Assembly (NCBI GenBank): GCA_951406725.2
Contig: OX597823.1
Coordinates: 53,320,001 to 53,384,000, forward strand
Source: Octopus vulgaris
Taxonomy: Eukaryota
Length of the DNA: 64,000 bases
Direction: 5' to 3'
Position numbers and translations under genes: made by a program
Shown here: one piece after another, positions 44,386 to 57,678 of the stretch
Layout of the letters: the number at the start of each line of letters is the position of its first letter
How positions within the stretch are numbered: the first letter of the stretch is position 1
Notes under the pieces: model-generated
Told to the model about the DNA's origin: nothing
The model's input: the letters and a program-made list of their open reading frames with translations, nothing else
Databases searched by the model: none

Positions 44386-45159
44386 CACATATATATGTAC
44401 GTATATAAATATATATATATATATATTATACTTATGTATAGTCATATGTAAATATACATGTACATATATTATATCATACATGCACACAAACATAAATACA
44501 CGCACACATATAACATGTAGGAGTGTGTCTTTGTGCGGGTGGAGTATGCGCGTGCGTAAAGTGTGTGCGCGTGCGCGTGTGTGCGTCGTCCTCGCCTATA
44601 CAACGCCGAACGTTGTTTGTCCAGTGTATGATACTGTATTCTATTGTCAAATTAGTATTGTTATTGTATTGTGTTGCATTGTAATACTAGTCTTTGATGG
44701 TTCTCATTGTAGATAAAGAAAGGATTATACTTATGGGATGAGATATAATAAAACTCGAATGACAATTTTCAGTGAAGGAAAAAATAACAACAACAACAAC
44801 AACAATAACAACAACAGCAACAATGACAGCAACAATAATAGGGTTTTTCTGTGGACTGGATACTAAAGTGTTAGAATCACATGTGGTCTAGTTTATTGCA
44901 ACCATGACATCCAAGAAAATGTTGTCTCTCATCTTTAAAACGTCAAAGGCATTAGTATTAAACAACCATTGATAAGTCGTCCCTTGATGTACGAGTCGTT
45001 TACATATTGATCATTCATCTCTTGAAGTCAAAATCATTTGCATTTTATAGGTATATTCAGCCATGTAAACAACGTGTACCTTCTGTTGTTGTTGTGTATG
45101 TGATCTCCACAGAGTTAATAATTTCAAGGGAAAAAGTAATATTAAAAGTAATAATAGAT

Positions 45160-45403
45160 ATAAATGTAAAAATCAATGTATTTTACCGTAAGGAAAATTG
45201 AATAGCATCAATATTTCGGGCGTAGTCCCTTTATCAAGAAAAAGAAGCTAGATAACAGGAAAAGAAATATTTGATTCTTAGATTTACTACACACGGGCTT
45301 TTTTTCGTTTTCTTATTATCTCCCCTCTAAATCTTGATAAATAGCCTAGGTCCGAAACATTTTACTCTTTCTTCACCGCAAAATACATTGACTTTACGTT
45401 TAT
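45160..45403. mobile_element. Inverted pair of Penelope-like tail sequences
   Basis: Arm 45160-45239 is an imperfect reverse complement of arm 45332-45403. Each carries TTGATAAA-stem-loop-CCGAAA. Confidence 0.65.
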
Positions 45404-45593
45404 TTTTAATTGAATTCGTTGCCTTTTTTGATTGAATTACTTATAGCCGACCGACCCAAACCCACAACGGATTACTCGGATACTGAAGTTTTTCTTTTAA
45501 TATCTTCCTACTTCATACCATATACAAACATACGCTCTTCTTTCTTCCTCCTGTCTGTCTCGCTCATACCTGTGATATGATTTGACTGATACA

Positions 45594-45631
<38 letters not shown>

Positions 45632-45796
45632 TGTGTGTGTCTGTACACGTATGCAATGTGTGCGTGAGTATGTGTGTATGTGTGAGGGAGAAAGCGTTAA
45701 TAAACAGATAAGCACATTGGCAGCAATAATCTTAGATATAGTGAGTAAAAACGGAGTGATCGCAACCGGCATGGTCTCAATGATAGGTCTACCGAA

Positions 45797-46436
45797 TCAG
45801 ATCTGACTAAGGTATAATACAACAACAACGACTTATAGAACTAGCAAGGGAGTTGTTCGACATGCCAACAGTACCTGAGGGCGCGTGACTTAGAAGTTAG
45901 GGCATTCGGCTCATGATCGTAAGGTTGTGAGTTCGATTCCCGGCGACGCGTTGTGTCCACATTGCCCCAGTTCACTCAGCTGGCAAAAATGAGTTGTACC
46001 TGTATTTCAAAGGGCCAGCCTTGTCACATTCTGTGTCACGCTGAATCTCCTTGCGAACTAGGTTAAGGGCACACGTGTCTGTGGAGTGCTCAGCCACTTG
46101 CACGTTAGTCAGATCTGACTAAGGTATAATACAACAACGACTTATAGAACAAGCAAGGGAGTTGTTCGACATGCCAACAGTACCTGAGGGCGCCTGACTT
46201 AGAGGTTAGGGCATTCGGCTCATGATCGTAAGGTTGTGAGTTCGATTCCCGGCGACGCGTTGTGTCCTTGAGCAAGACACTTTATTTCACATTTCCCCAG
46301 TTCACTCAGCTGGCAAAAATGAGTAGTACCTGTATTTCAAAGGGCCAGCCTTGTCACATTCTGTGTCACGCAGAATCTCCTTGCGAACTAGGTTAAGGGT
46401 ACACGTGTCTGTGGAGTGCTCAGCCACTTGCACGTT
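45797..46436 (+). repeat. ~312-bp tandem duplication covering the flank plus most of an OR2-like SINE
   Basis: tcagatctgactaaggtataatacaacaac starts at both 45797 and 46109. The units are near-identical apart from a ~20-bp deletion in the first. Confidence 0.95.
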
Positions 46437-46507
46437 AATTTCACGAGCAAGCTGTTCCGTTGATCGTATCAGCTGGGACCCTCGTCGTCGTAACCGACAG
46501 AGTGCTC
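46186..46507 (+). mobile_element. Full-length OR2-like tRNA/CORE SINE
   Basis: B box gagttcgattcc, CORE-like ttgtgtccttgagcaagacacttta, and a 3' tail of the same type as the OR1-like copies. Confidence 0.9.
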
Positions 46508-46559
46508 CTTCTACCTGCCAAATCACAGAAGGAAAGGCGGCTTGCATAATGTAGCACCA

Positions 46560-47045
46560 GTTATAACTAAGACTGATTAAAAGACAAGACGGGCATGTTA
46601 CAATCAATGATCGGGTAGTTCGAGGCTAATCTACGGCTAAGTCATAAAGGCATTCTTCTCGATAGCCAGCGAGTGAGCGTCTCCACGGTTACTTTCCTTG
46701 CTAGAATTAGTAGTCAAATGTCTCGAAAACATGTTAATAGGTAAAGTACTGCTAGTCACAGTAACTTTGAATAAAGCGAGTATGGATGGGAATAGCAAAA
46801 TAGTTTGTTGATTCAGTGCTGACTACTGGTCACTCAACAACGATTGCCTCTGCGTGGTTACTCTGTTTGTTAGAGATAATAACCGTATGTCCCTCACACA
46901 TGGCTGTGAACATATATAGTTGCAGATAAACTACGATTTTATCATCCTGCAAGCATTATCGGACAGACTCGGTTGCTCGACGATTCGTATATAAATATAA
47001 GACTACCTCTGGCCTGAATGACATTAGACTGGGGAGCAACAACAT
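46560..47045 (+). mobile_element. Decayed tandem units of repeat family D
   Basis: Heads ggttactttccttgctagaattagtagtcaaatgtctc and ggttactctgtttgttagagataataacc lie ~170 bp apart, with caacaac ends. Confidence 0.45.
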
Positions 47046-47049
47046 TCGT

Positions 47050-47864
47050 GATACATGAACATACCGCTGCCGCTTGATGCATTGAAAGGAGTGTCCACAA
47101 CTCCTAAAATGGAGATCACAAATATTAGCTATGGAATCCCTTCCTGATACAATTCATTATATTGTATCAGTATGTCCTATGCTAAGTCTGACGAAATATA
47201 TTTGTAGATCCAGTTAATGTTGGAAAGTTGATTTCCATACGGCAATTCACTAGATTTCGTGAACCTGCCATCTGTCTAAGAAAATAACGATATGAAAGTA
47301 GTTTCAATAAAACACCAGATATAATAAACCTGACACTATTCTCTGTCACAGGAATGAAAATGTCAAATTAATTATCGACATAGCAATACTAAATGACTAT
47401 AATGATGTGCAAAAGCGAGCTGGAAAGCTGAAGAATGATACCGAACAGTCAAAAAGAAAAAGACATTATGACAATCAAGAACTTTGTTTCTCATCGCATT
47501 TCTAACTTGCACAAGAAAAGTGTTATACGACTGTATATGTTTTCCTTTTATTTCAGAACGATTTCATATTAACTATGAAAATAGACATAGGCTCTTTCCT
47601 ATACTAGGACCTATAAACGATGTTAAGGTGTTTTCATGGTTTTAACCAGGAACGCTTTTGTTAACCCCTTGACATTCTTTCTCCTTAATCTCGGGCATCC
47701 TTGTTACCTGTGAATGTTTTCTAGAGAACATTTTCTTTAATCTTGGCCTCTTCTATGCACATTCGCCAAGATATACCTAACCTAAGACTGGAAACGCTTT
47801 ATGTATATCTTAAACCATGACTACTACTATATCCACTTATAAATGGGAATAAATATTACCTTTT

Positions 47865-47867
<3 letters not shown>
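47050..47867 (+). pseudogene. Decayed 3' end of an R4/Dong-type non-LTR retrotransposon (restriction-like endonuclease domain)
   Basis: 47317 onward translates RYNKPDTILCHRNENVKLIIDIAILNDYNDVQKRAGKLK, matching the RLE pattern (N)xPD...LIID(I/V)A..D.N...K..EK..KY. Stops and frameshifts are nearby, and it ends at (AAT)n. Boundaries are approximate. Confidence 0.65.
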
Positions 47868-47948
<81 letters not shown>

Positions 47949-47949
47949 G

Positions 47950-48277
47950 TAGTATCACAGGTTTGCTTGTTTGTTGCTTGACCTTAGCCAGTTGGGCATT
48001 TTGTGTTAGTGGCTGAGGATATGGGTATCTCAGATAATGAGCAGAAGGATTGGTGGAGCATCATAGACAAATGTTGAGAGGAATTTTTGGTGGTTTGAAT
48101 AATTCATCCCTGGAAACGTGTTGTATATCTTGATATGAGATTACTATGTCGCGCACATGTGGTTTTGATGTATGTGCCTGGTATGTCCTTATCAGACAGG
48201 TAGTCATGATGGGCCTATCGGACTTCGTATAGTTGTACCTCAACGTCACTTTGATGGTGTGTGCTGCTCTCTGACTA

Positions 48278-48278
<1 letters not shown>
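47950..48278. mobile_element. ~330-bp non-coding element bracketed by (AAT)n runs
   Basis: Complex sequence with sharp edges between (AAT)n at 47868-47946 and 48278-48363. Single copy here; recalled as an octopus interspersed repeat. Confidence 0.5.
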
Positions 48279-48366
<88 letters not shown>

Positions 48367-48639
48367 TGATAATGTTTTAAAATACAACTACAAGACCAAA
48401 ATAGTGGTAAAAGTGATAAAAGTGTAAATGGACCTACTCTAAATATGCGCCTATAGATTAGAGACCAACAGTTAGGCCAGGGCGTGTGCCTTTCCTTTAT
48501 GGTCAGGATGATCTTGGATCTATAGGGTTCCATTGGTTGACCCTAGTTCTCCAGCACCATGAGGAATGCATCATAGATCTGTGTATACTATGTTTACATT
48601 TTATTTCATTCCCAAATCCTCTCGCTCTCATCTTTTATG

Positions 48640-48786
48640 TAAACCCTGAGTTCAAATTCCGCCGAGGTTGACTTTGCCTTTCATCCTTTCGGGGTCGATA
48701 AAATAATTGCCATTTCAGCACGGGGGTCGATGTAATCAACGTACCCCGTCCCCCGAACTTGCTGGCCATCAGCCAAAATTTGAAAC

Positions 48787-48790
<4 letters not shown>
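48640..48790 (+). mobile_element. SINE family A, 5'-truncated, with (ATT)n tail
   Basis: ctgagttcaaattccgccgaggttgactttgcctttcatcctttcggggtcgataaa. Confidence 0.9.
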
Positions 48791-48883
<93 letters not shown>

Positions 48884-49284
48884 ACTGAGTTTTACTTCTT
48901 TCAGTTTTGTCGTAATGTCTCCATTTCTTGCCGAATGTCTTGCCGTCACCTAGGGCAAATATACTCACCGTGTACATTAATAGGCCGTTAAAATAAACAC
49001 ACCAAATTGTTAATTTACAAAATCAAATGGAGTTATGTAGGAAAGAAAATATTGACATGGGTGGTAATCGTTTCCGCAGCAACAATGCTTTTTCTCAGTA
49101 CGTGTGCTTTTCTCAATCTTTTGCACTTCTTGCAAGGATGGTAAGCCTGGAATCATTCTCAAATCGTATTTTCAGTTAGTTCCTTTTTTTTTACTCATTC
49201 CTAGTATACCTACAATCACTGGAACTGCAACCGCCTTGTGATTTCGATTTTTTCGATCTCAATAAACAGCAAACCTTTATTACC

Positions 49285-49348
<64 letters not shown>

Positions 49349-49910
49349 ATCATCATCATCATTATTATTATTATTATTATTGGGAAGGGAAGTGTATAAT
49401 CCTTTTTATCGAAGCCTGGTAATCAACTGGCTCTCATTTTATCGGACTCGGTTTTTGGTATCTATGCCTTTTAATGACTCGTGTCCGCTTTAACTAGAAC
49501 TTTACAACATGTGTGACAAGTAATAAAAATAGCTGAGCAACAAATAAGGCAGCTGTTGTTATTCATTGCAAATCAACACAGTTCTTACTGTTTGGCGATC
49601 GTCTTGAACTGTGAGGTTTTGTTTGGAGAAAACAACTTAGATTCCGCATTAGTACTCTCTCGAGGTTCAATTTAAATAACAGCCATTCTTGTGATTAGAA
49701 TAACTCATTTCGCTTTCTTCACGTATTAGTTCTTTTACTTTTTGGACAGCTATCAATTCCATATCGTTAATTCCAGCAGCAATTTAAATTTCACCAAAAC
49801 TCTATTACACGTTCTTTTCAGATGTGTTTGTTTGTAGAGCTCATTGATATTAAAGGTCATTTTTGCTAGGTAAATTTTATGTCAATGTCTACGATGAAAA
49901 TCTTTTTAGG

Positions 49911-50139
<229 letters not shown>

Positions 50140-50444
50140 AGGTGTGTTTGGAAAGACATAGAAATATTACAAATTCTACAAATATTCCCTTGTTAATTTC
50201 TTATATTGGCAAAAGTTCACGAATTCGTAGGATTGGTGGGAAAGGTAGAGGCTTGTTTGATTGAATCATTTCCGATGGGAAAGGAAAGGAAAGGAGAAAA
50301 GGTAAAAGGAAAATGTATAAACCTAGAGTTCCTTTTTACCGCCTCAAGAAGCTCTCGACATAAGTCAATATTTGAACTGAGAACAGTAGATGAATGACTC
50401 AAAATTATTTGTTTTGGTTTGTCTTTGCATCGATTTTTTTTTTT

Positions 50445-50695
50445 TTCATTTTACGTATGTTTTACGTTTTAACTTTTACTAGTTTCAGTCATTGACCTGT
50501 AACCATGCTGGAGCAACTAACCTAAAGGGTTTTTAGTCAAACAAATCGACCCAACACCACCAACCAGTACATTATTTCTTTTAATTCTTAGTACTTATTC
50601 TATCGTTCTCTTTTTGCCGAACTGGTAGAATACAGGGACGTAAACAAACCAGAACCGCTTATTTAGCGGTAGAGGCTGGTGAGGGGAACACCGTG

Positions 50696-50700
<5 letters not shown>
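50445..50700 (-). mobile_element. SINE family C, 3' half
   Basis: tagtttcagtcattgacctgtaaccatgctggagca...tctttttgccgaac...gggacgtaaacaaacc, then (CA)n. Confidence 0.8.
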
Positions 50701-50743
<43 letters not shown>

Positions 50744-50974
50744 TATAGCCTCGGGTTGGTATGTATATTGTTGCTTCAGTAATAATAGGTATGACACTGA
50801 AAAAGTAGCTTGGGTACTGGATTTACAAACTCCGTATCAATGATTCATAGATATCACATTAGTTAAAGATTTATCGATGACAATAAATACTTCTGGTCAT
50901 TCTCAGTATATATGCATATGTATACATAAATCCATACATGCATACATACCATATATATACACATACATGCATAC

Positions 50975-51061
<87 letters not shown>

Positions 51062-51064
<3 letters not shown>

Positions 51065-51250
51065 TGTGTATCGTTGGTGATTTTATTTCTCCGTCTTCCC
51101 TTCCTTGGACCTTTCGTTTTTCTATGTTTCTGACGAAGAGCTCCGCTCGAAACGTTAAATCCTCCTTCTTTCTTTCTTTTCCTGAGCGTCCAATAACACT
51201 ATACGTCTTCGCGTTGTTATGTTTTCTCTTTGTTCATGTTTGGATTAACT
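51062..51250 (+). mobile_element. Penelope-like tail element in (TA)n carrying a minimal hammerhead-like motif
   Basis: gttt-CTGACGA-a-gagc-tcc-gctc-GAAA-cgtt-aaat at 51126-51160, with (TA)n on both sides. Confidence 0.65.
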
Positions 51251-51255
51251 ATACA

Positions 51256-51289
<34 letters not shown>

Positions 51290-51829
51290 CACTCACACAT
51301 CTACAGGAGAATATATACATGGGTAATATACTTTTATCGTAAATAGACTGGACATCTTTGAATGTTCTAAGAAAGAGAGAGAAAAGAGGAAGAAAGCACG
51401 CCGATGCTTTGCAGTGCAGTTGGAAACCTGGTTCAAGCATTTGAAGTATATTGAATGAAATCCGCTGCAAAAGGTAGTTACGTTAAACCGAGCGAGATAT
51501 TATACACTGTTCAAATGCTGCTTGTTCAAATACAGGTTGTCACACGGCAGTTTTAACAGGTAATGGTTCTCATACTTTTCTCAACCTGGCAGAATTACAG
51601 GTATTTGAGGCTCGCGTCATGTTGGTTCCGTAGAACACTTATGTGCTAAAGGGTTGCATGTTCACAGTTAATTGTGTTTAAACAACTGTTACAAATTGCT
51701 ACAACCCACCTTCGGATACGTCGTTCCTGGCACAGTCATGCATACACGATAAATACAGAGGTTATGTGCATATCTACGTACTCAAACACAAAACAGGTAC
51801 AAACGTAACACTCTCATACGTACGAGCGA

Positions 51830-52027
51830 GTGCAGGGAATTACCTGGCACTAAGGGTGTCACGAAAGGCCTGGTTGGAGGCCCAGCCTTCCGAGTTCTTA
51901 GAAAGACCCAAAGAACGATGCAATAAGTATGTGAATCTGAGAGGGGAATATGATCAATAAAATCATGATTAACTGATCCTCCTGTATTTTCTTTTAACAA
52001 AGCCAGGAACTTTTCAACACATCCTTG
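51830..52027 (+). mobile_element. 3' fragment of a mariner DNA transposon (transposase C-terminus plus right TIR)
   Basis: Translates KAWLEAQPSEFLERPKERCNKYVNLRGEYDQ*, resembling the mariner C-terminal RWxKCVxxxGxYVE motif. It ends ccaggaacttttcaacacatccttg followed by TA. Confidence 0.8.
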
Positions 52028-52362
52028 TACATACATACATACATACATACATACATACATACATACATACATGCATGCATATATACATGTATAATACTTA
52101 CACACACACATGTGTGTGTGTATACACATATATAGAGAGACAGACAGACAGAGACAGAAAAATACAGAGAATAGATGAGAGGTAGTTGTGTCCAGTATAG
52201 TAAACACGTAGTAGGGTTCAAATGAATTTGAACTTAAACTCCGTATTCTTCATCTAGGGCAGAGCCCACAGCGTCACAAGTGACCATAAGAGAAATCAAG
52301 GACGAACTGATGTGGAGGTAGTGATGCAGATAAACACAATTAGGCTTGATTCATACATATAC

Positions 52363-52432
<70 letters not shown>

Positions 52433-52579
52433 TGCCCAAATGAGAGGGCCAACACAAATACCACATCTCAATATTTTCCCGAACTAAATTTTTTCTTAAT
52501 GTTATCAATTAATTCATCACAAAAAAAAAAAAAAACGTCTGAAACAGCCGTAGTGAACTTTAACCCGTTTATGTCCTTT

Positions 52580-52639
<60 letters not shown>

Positions 52640-52815
52640 GCACACATTTACGCAATGTTTATGTTCATACAGAATCTTGTTTATGCGTATGAATTTACGT
52701 TTGCATACTAACGCGCATGCATAAATAAAAAATATACATACACAAATGTACATGCAAGCGCCTGCTATTAATTGTGCTAACACATACACATACATACATG
52801 TAAACATTCCCTCCG

Positions 52816-52846
<31 letters not shown>

Positions 52847-53433
52847 GCTCCCTTACTCTGTGTGTGTGTGTGTGTATAAATGTATACACACACACACACA
52901 CACACATACATATATACATACATACATACTTATATATATATATATACATGCATATATATATACATATACACATATACACCCTCTTCAGTTTTCTATTGAA
53001 AGTCCATATTCCATTTCGATTGCCTTTGCTAATTTACAGAAAACTAAAATAAAGCTCAGGGCGATGGTGTGTTCTAGTAGTAGCAGTAGGTGGTGGTGGT
53101 GGTGGTGGTGGTGGTGGTGGTGGTGGTGGTGGTGGTGGTGGTGGTGGTGGTTGTGGTAGTAGTAGTAGTAGTAGTAGTAGTACAAAACTGAGTGGTGTGT
53201 GATCACTAAGAACAAACCTGTATTTTTCTCTCTCCGCCTTTCTCTCCCTCCCTCTCTCTATCTCTCCCTCTCTCTCTCTATCTCTCTCTCTCTCTATCTC
53301 TCTCTCTCTATCTCTCTCTCTCTACCCCAACTTTCATCCTTCTCCCGTGCTCCTTCAATCCATTGCTGACTGTTGCTTCCCCTCACCTCCCGCACACAAT
53401 CTTATTTCCTCATTTACACACATGATATGCGTC

Positions 53434-53483
<50 letters not shown>

Positions 53484-53485
53484 GT

Positions 53486-53545
<60 letters not shown>

Positions 53546-53724
53546 GACTGGTGTCCATATCTTTTTTATCTGTTTATGTCTTTATTTACTTATTATCTTT
53601 GTTGTTGTTTGTTTTTGTTTTTTTTATTTAAATATTAGTATAATCTTTTCTTTACATTATATCCGATTTTTACACTGTGATGATGATGGGTGGGGGTGGC
53701 GGTGATGTTGCTAGTGATAAAAAT

Positions 53725-54155
53725 GATGGTTTCAAATAATAGCACAAAGCCTGAAAATTCGGGGGGAAAAGTCGATTACATCGAATCCTTTTTTGCTCAA
53801 CTTGCTCTCATTTTATCGATCTCGAAAATATAAAAAAAGCCAAAGTCGACACCGGCGGAATTTGAACTCAGAACGTAAAAGACGGACAAAATGCTGATGA
53901 ACATTTTGCCCGGCGTCCTCACGATTCTGCCAGCTCGTTCCTTTCTACTACAGACAAAAGGGCCTGACATTTGGACACAGGGGGATAGGCGATTACATTG
54001 AACCCCCAGCGTTCAACTGGTATTTTATTTTATCTACCTCGACAGACAGAATGCAAAGTCGACCTCGTGTTCGTGCACCTTCGCTCGGAATGTAAACACA
54101 GACAAAATGCCGCAAGGTATTTTGTCTGGTGTGCTAACGACTCTGCCGCTCTTCA
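53725..54155 (-). mobile_element. Two tandem SINE family A copies
   Basis: gtcgattacatcga...aaagtcgacaccggcggaatttgaactcagaacg...gattctgccagctcg, then a second copy at 53940-54155 abutting (AAT)n. Confidence 0.85.
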
Positions 54156-54156
54156 C

Positions 54157-54218
<62 letters not shown>

Positions 54219-54234
54219 TGATGATGATGATGAT

Positions 54235-54293
<59 letters not shown>

Positions 54294-54309
54294 CAACGAT
54301 AACAATAAC

Positions 54310-54373
<64 letters not shown>

Positions 54374-54635
54374 TGTAGTGATGAACAAAGTTCTACACAT
54401 ACAAGTGAGAGATAAAGACATTATACAGTGTACGTAAATATATGTTTGCATGTATGTATATCCACATGCATATATGCATACATACGTACGTATGTGCAAA
54501 TATACATACATATTCACACGCCGCTACTCAGAAAAACTGCAGTGTTATAGTTTTAAAAATTGGATGTTAATTAACTTCGCGAAATAACTAGTTAATTACT
54601 TAAAATAATAGCTTAATGTGTATGTGAGTGTGTGC

Positions 54636-54680
<45 letters not shown>

Positions 54681-54812
54681 GGGTGTGTGTGTGTGTGTGT
54701 AGTAAACATAAAAATACGATAATTGAAAAAAAATTTATAGGTTTCAAAAATTAAATATAAATTCAGCACGCAGAGAATAATTTAGATAATTGTTTAGAAA
54801 ATAGAAGTAATT

Positions 54813-54873
<61 letters not shown>

Positions 54874-55329
54874 ACATGAAAAACATCGAGCGGGAAACAC
54901 ACGTATGTAAGCGGCTGAGAGAGAACCCAGTAGTTAAGTTAACCAGCTTCACAACGACGAGGAATTAAGAATGTTGCAAAAACGAATTGCAATGCAGTCG
55001 CGATGAGCTGAAGGTGGGTTTAATAAGAGTGTATAGAATACAGACATGAGAAATAACACAACTATTACTCTTCGTTTTCTCTTAAATTTTGGTTCTTTGA
55101 AAACCTGTTTCCGCTCTTCCACAGGAACGAGTCTCCGCCCAAGTAACAACGGCCAGCCTCTTCTCTATTATCTGTTTCTTTCTTCTTCAAGTGACATCTC
55201 TTCTGCAAATTATTTTATACACTCCCCCTTTACATCTCACTCAATATCTCTCCTCTTTTCTGGCTTCTCCTTCATTCTTATACTCTCTGTATTTTCTGAC
55301 CTCCCCCTTCTCTCCCTCTGTAATTAACT

Positions 55330-55402
55330 GTTTATCTATCTATCTATCTATCTATTCATCCATCCATCCATGCATCCATCCATCTATCCATCTATCTATC
55401 TA

Positions 55403-55459
<57 letters not shown>

Positions 55460-55602
55460 GTCTGTCTGTCTGTCTGTCTCGGTTTGTCTGACTATCAATC
55501 TATTTATGTATCTACCTATCTATCAATCAATCTCTCTATCTGTCTATCTCTCTATCAATTTATCATTTATCATTCTATCTATTTATCAATCATTCTATCC
55601 AC

Positions 55603-55684
<82 letters not shown>

Positions 55685-55865
55685 GTCTGTCTGTCTGTCT
55701 GTTTGTATGTCTGTCTATTCATCCCTCTATATATGTATCTACCTATCTATCTATCAATCTATCTATCTGTCTATCTCTCTATCGATTTATCTATCATTTA
55801 TCAATCAATCTATCTATTTATCAATCATTCTATCCATCTATCTATCTATCGGTCTGTCTGTCTTC
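55330..55865. repeat. (CTAT)n/(CTGT)n compound array with a ~240-bp internal duplication
   Basis: tctatctgtctatctctctatc(a/g)atttatc...tctatttatcaatcattctatcca occurs twice. Confidence 0.85.
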
Positions 55866-56298
55866 AATCATATTTAAAAAAAAAAACGGGAAGATTATAA
55901 TATTCACCAAAAATAAGCAGCCGATAAGAAATTATGAACGGGTGACAAGTAAAAATAAGCAGCTTGAGAAAGAAAGAAAGAAAAGAAAAAGAAATTACAC
56001 AGCGGAGTGAAAAGCGAAGGGTGGAAAAGAAAGGAAATAGGGAGAGGAAAGAGAATAAGAGAATGACAATCGCTGAAAGAGGAAACAGTTTAGTGAGAAG
56101 GTAGCCATATTGTTATGAGTCCATAACCACACCCCAACACTTCCACACACGTGCACACACGCATATGCACACATGCATAAATACATATGCGTGCATATAT
56201 ATATAAACTTACTTGGAAGAAGAAGAAAACGATATATATATATATATATGCACATATATAAACTCGTAAGTTTGGATTTTATTAACTCAAATAATAAT

Positions 56299-56332
<34 letters not shown>

Positions 56333-56333
56333 G

Positions 56334-56371
<38 letters not shown>

Positions 56372-56447
56372 TACATGCATAAATACATATTCATAGCCGA
56401 ATTCTGAGATATGCTTAAACACAGCAACTTGAAACGTGCGTGTATAT

Positions 56448-56503
<56 letters not shown>

Positions 56504-56599
56504 ACACACATATACATACATACATACATACATACATACATACATACATACATACATAAATGTATATATGTATGAATGTATACATGTATATGTATTACT

Positions 56600-56634
<35 letters not shown>

Positions 56635-56725
56635 CATTATTATTATTATTGTTGTTGTTGTTGTTGTTGTTATTATGGTTATTATTGCCATCATCATTAT
56701 CCCCCTCCTCCTCCTCCCCATCATC

Positions 56726-56757
<32 letters not shown>

Positions 56758-57128
56758 CATCATCATTTATGTATAATATATCTACTTGCTATTAATGACC
56801 GCCATTATCCGTATCGGGCAAAACAATTTTGGTTTGGGTGGATTGGTGGGTGGGTGTTTGAGTACATTTTTTTCGGCTCTTTATCTTCTGAATTCAAATC
56901 GCACCGAAGACAGCTTTTAGACGTTCATATCCTTTAAGGAACGTTAAAAAAAAAAAAAGAATCGAGTGCCAATCCCGTACTGGGCACCGATGTTACTGTC
57001 TAAACGCCTACCCAACAAAAAAACTGCTAGCTTTCGTGGCGAAATTATAAACAAACGCGGGGGGACACATACACGCACACATACACACACGCACGCACAC
57101 ACACACACAAGCACACACAAGCACATAT

Positions 57129-57171
<43 letters not shown>

Positions 57172-57404
57172 GCAACACAATCATACAGAACACAAACACG
57201 TAACACTTCTCTCTTTCGTTTTCGCTTATATTCGTTCACTCTGTCTTCTCTCTTTCTCAAACATAAATACGTGTATCACTGCGCGCGCGTCTGCACGCAC
57301 GCAATCACACACACACACACACACACACGATCTTATGCTAATTTGCTCTTACATATTATGTATGCTATAATTATTATTGTTGTTGTTGTTATTATTATTA
57401 TTAT

Positions 57405-57614
57405 TAAGGCGACAGAACTGGCGGAATCATCATCAGTACGCCGGTCAGAATTCCTTAGCGATATTTCGTCCGTCCGTCTCTACGGTTCTGATTTTCAAAT
57501 TCCGCCGTGATTGACTTTACCTTTCCTGCTCTCGGAGTCGACAATGAAATAAGTACCAGTTGAACGCTGGGGCCAATGCAATCGACTTACCTCATCCCCA
57601 AATTTTCAGACTCG

Positions 57615-57615
<1 letters not shown>
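57405..57615 (+). mobile_element. SINE family A preceded by (ATT)n
   Basis: aaggcgacagaactggcggaatc...ttcaaattccgccgtgattgactttacc...aataagtaccagttgaacgctgggg. Confidence 0.85.
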
Positions 57616-57678
<63 letters not shown>

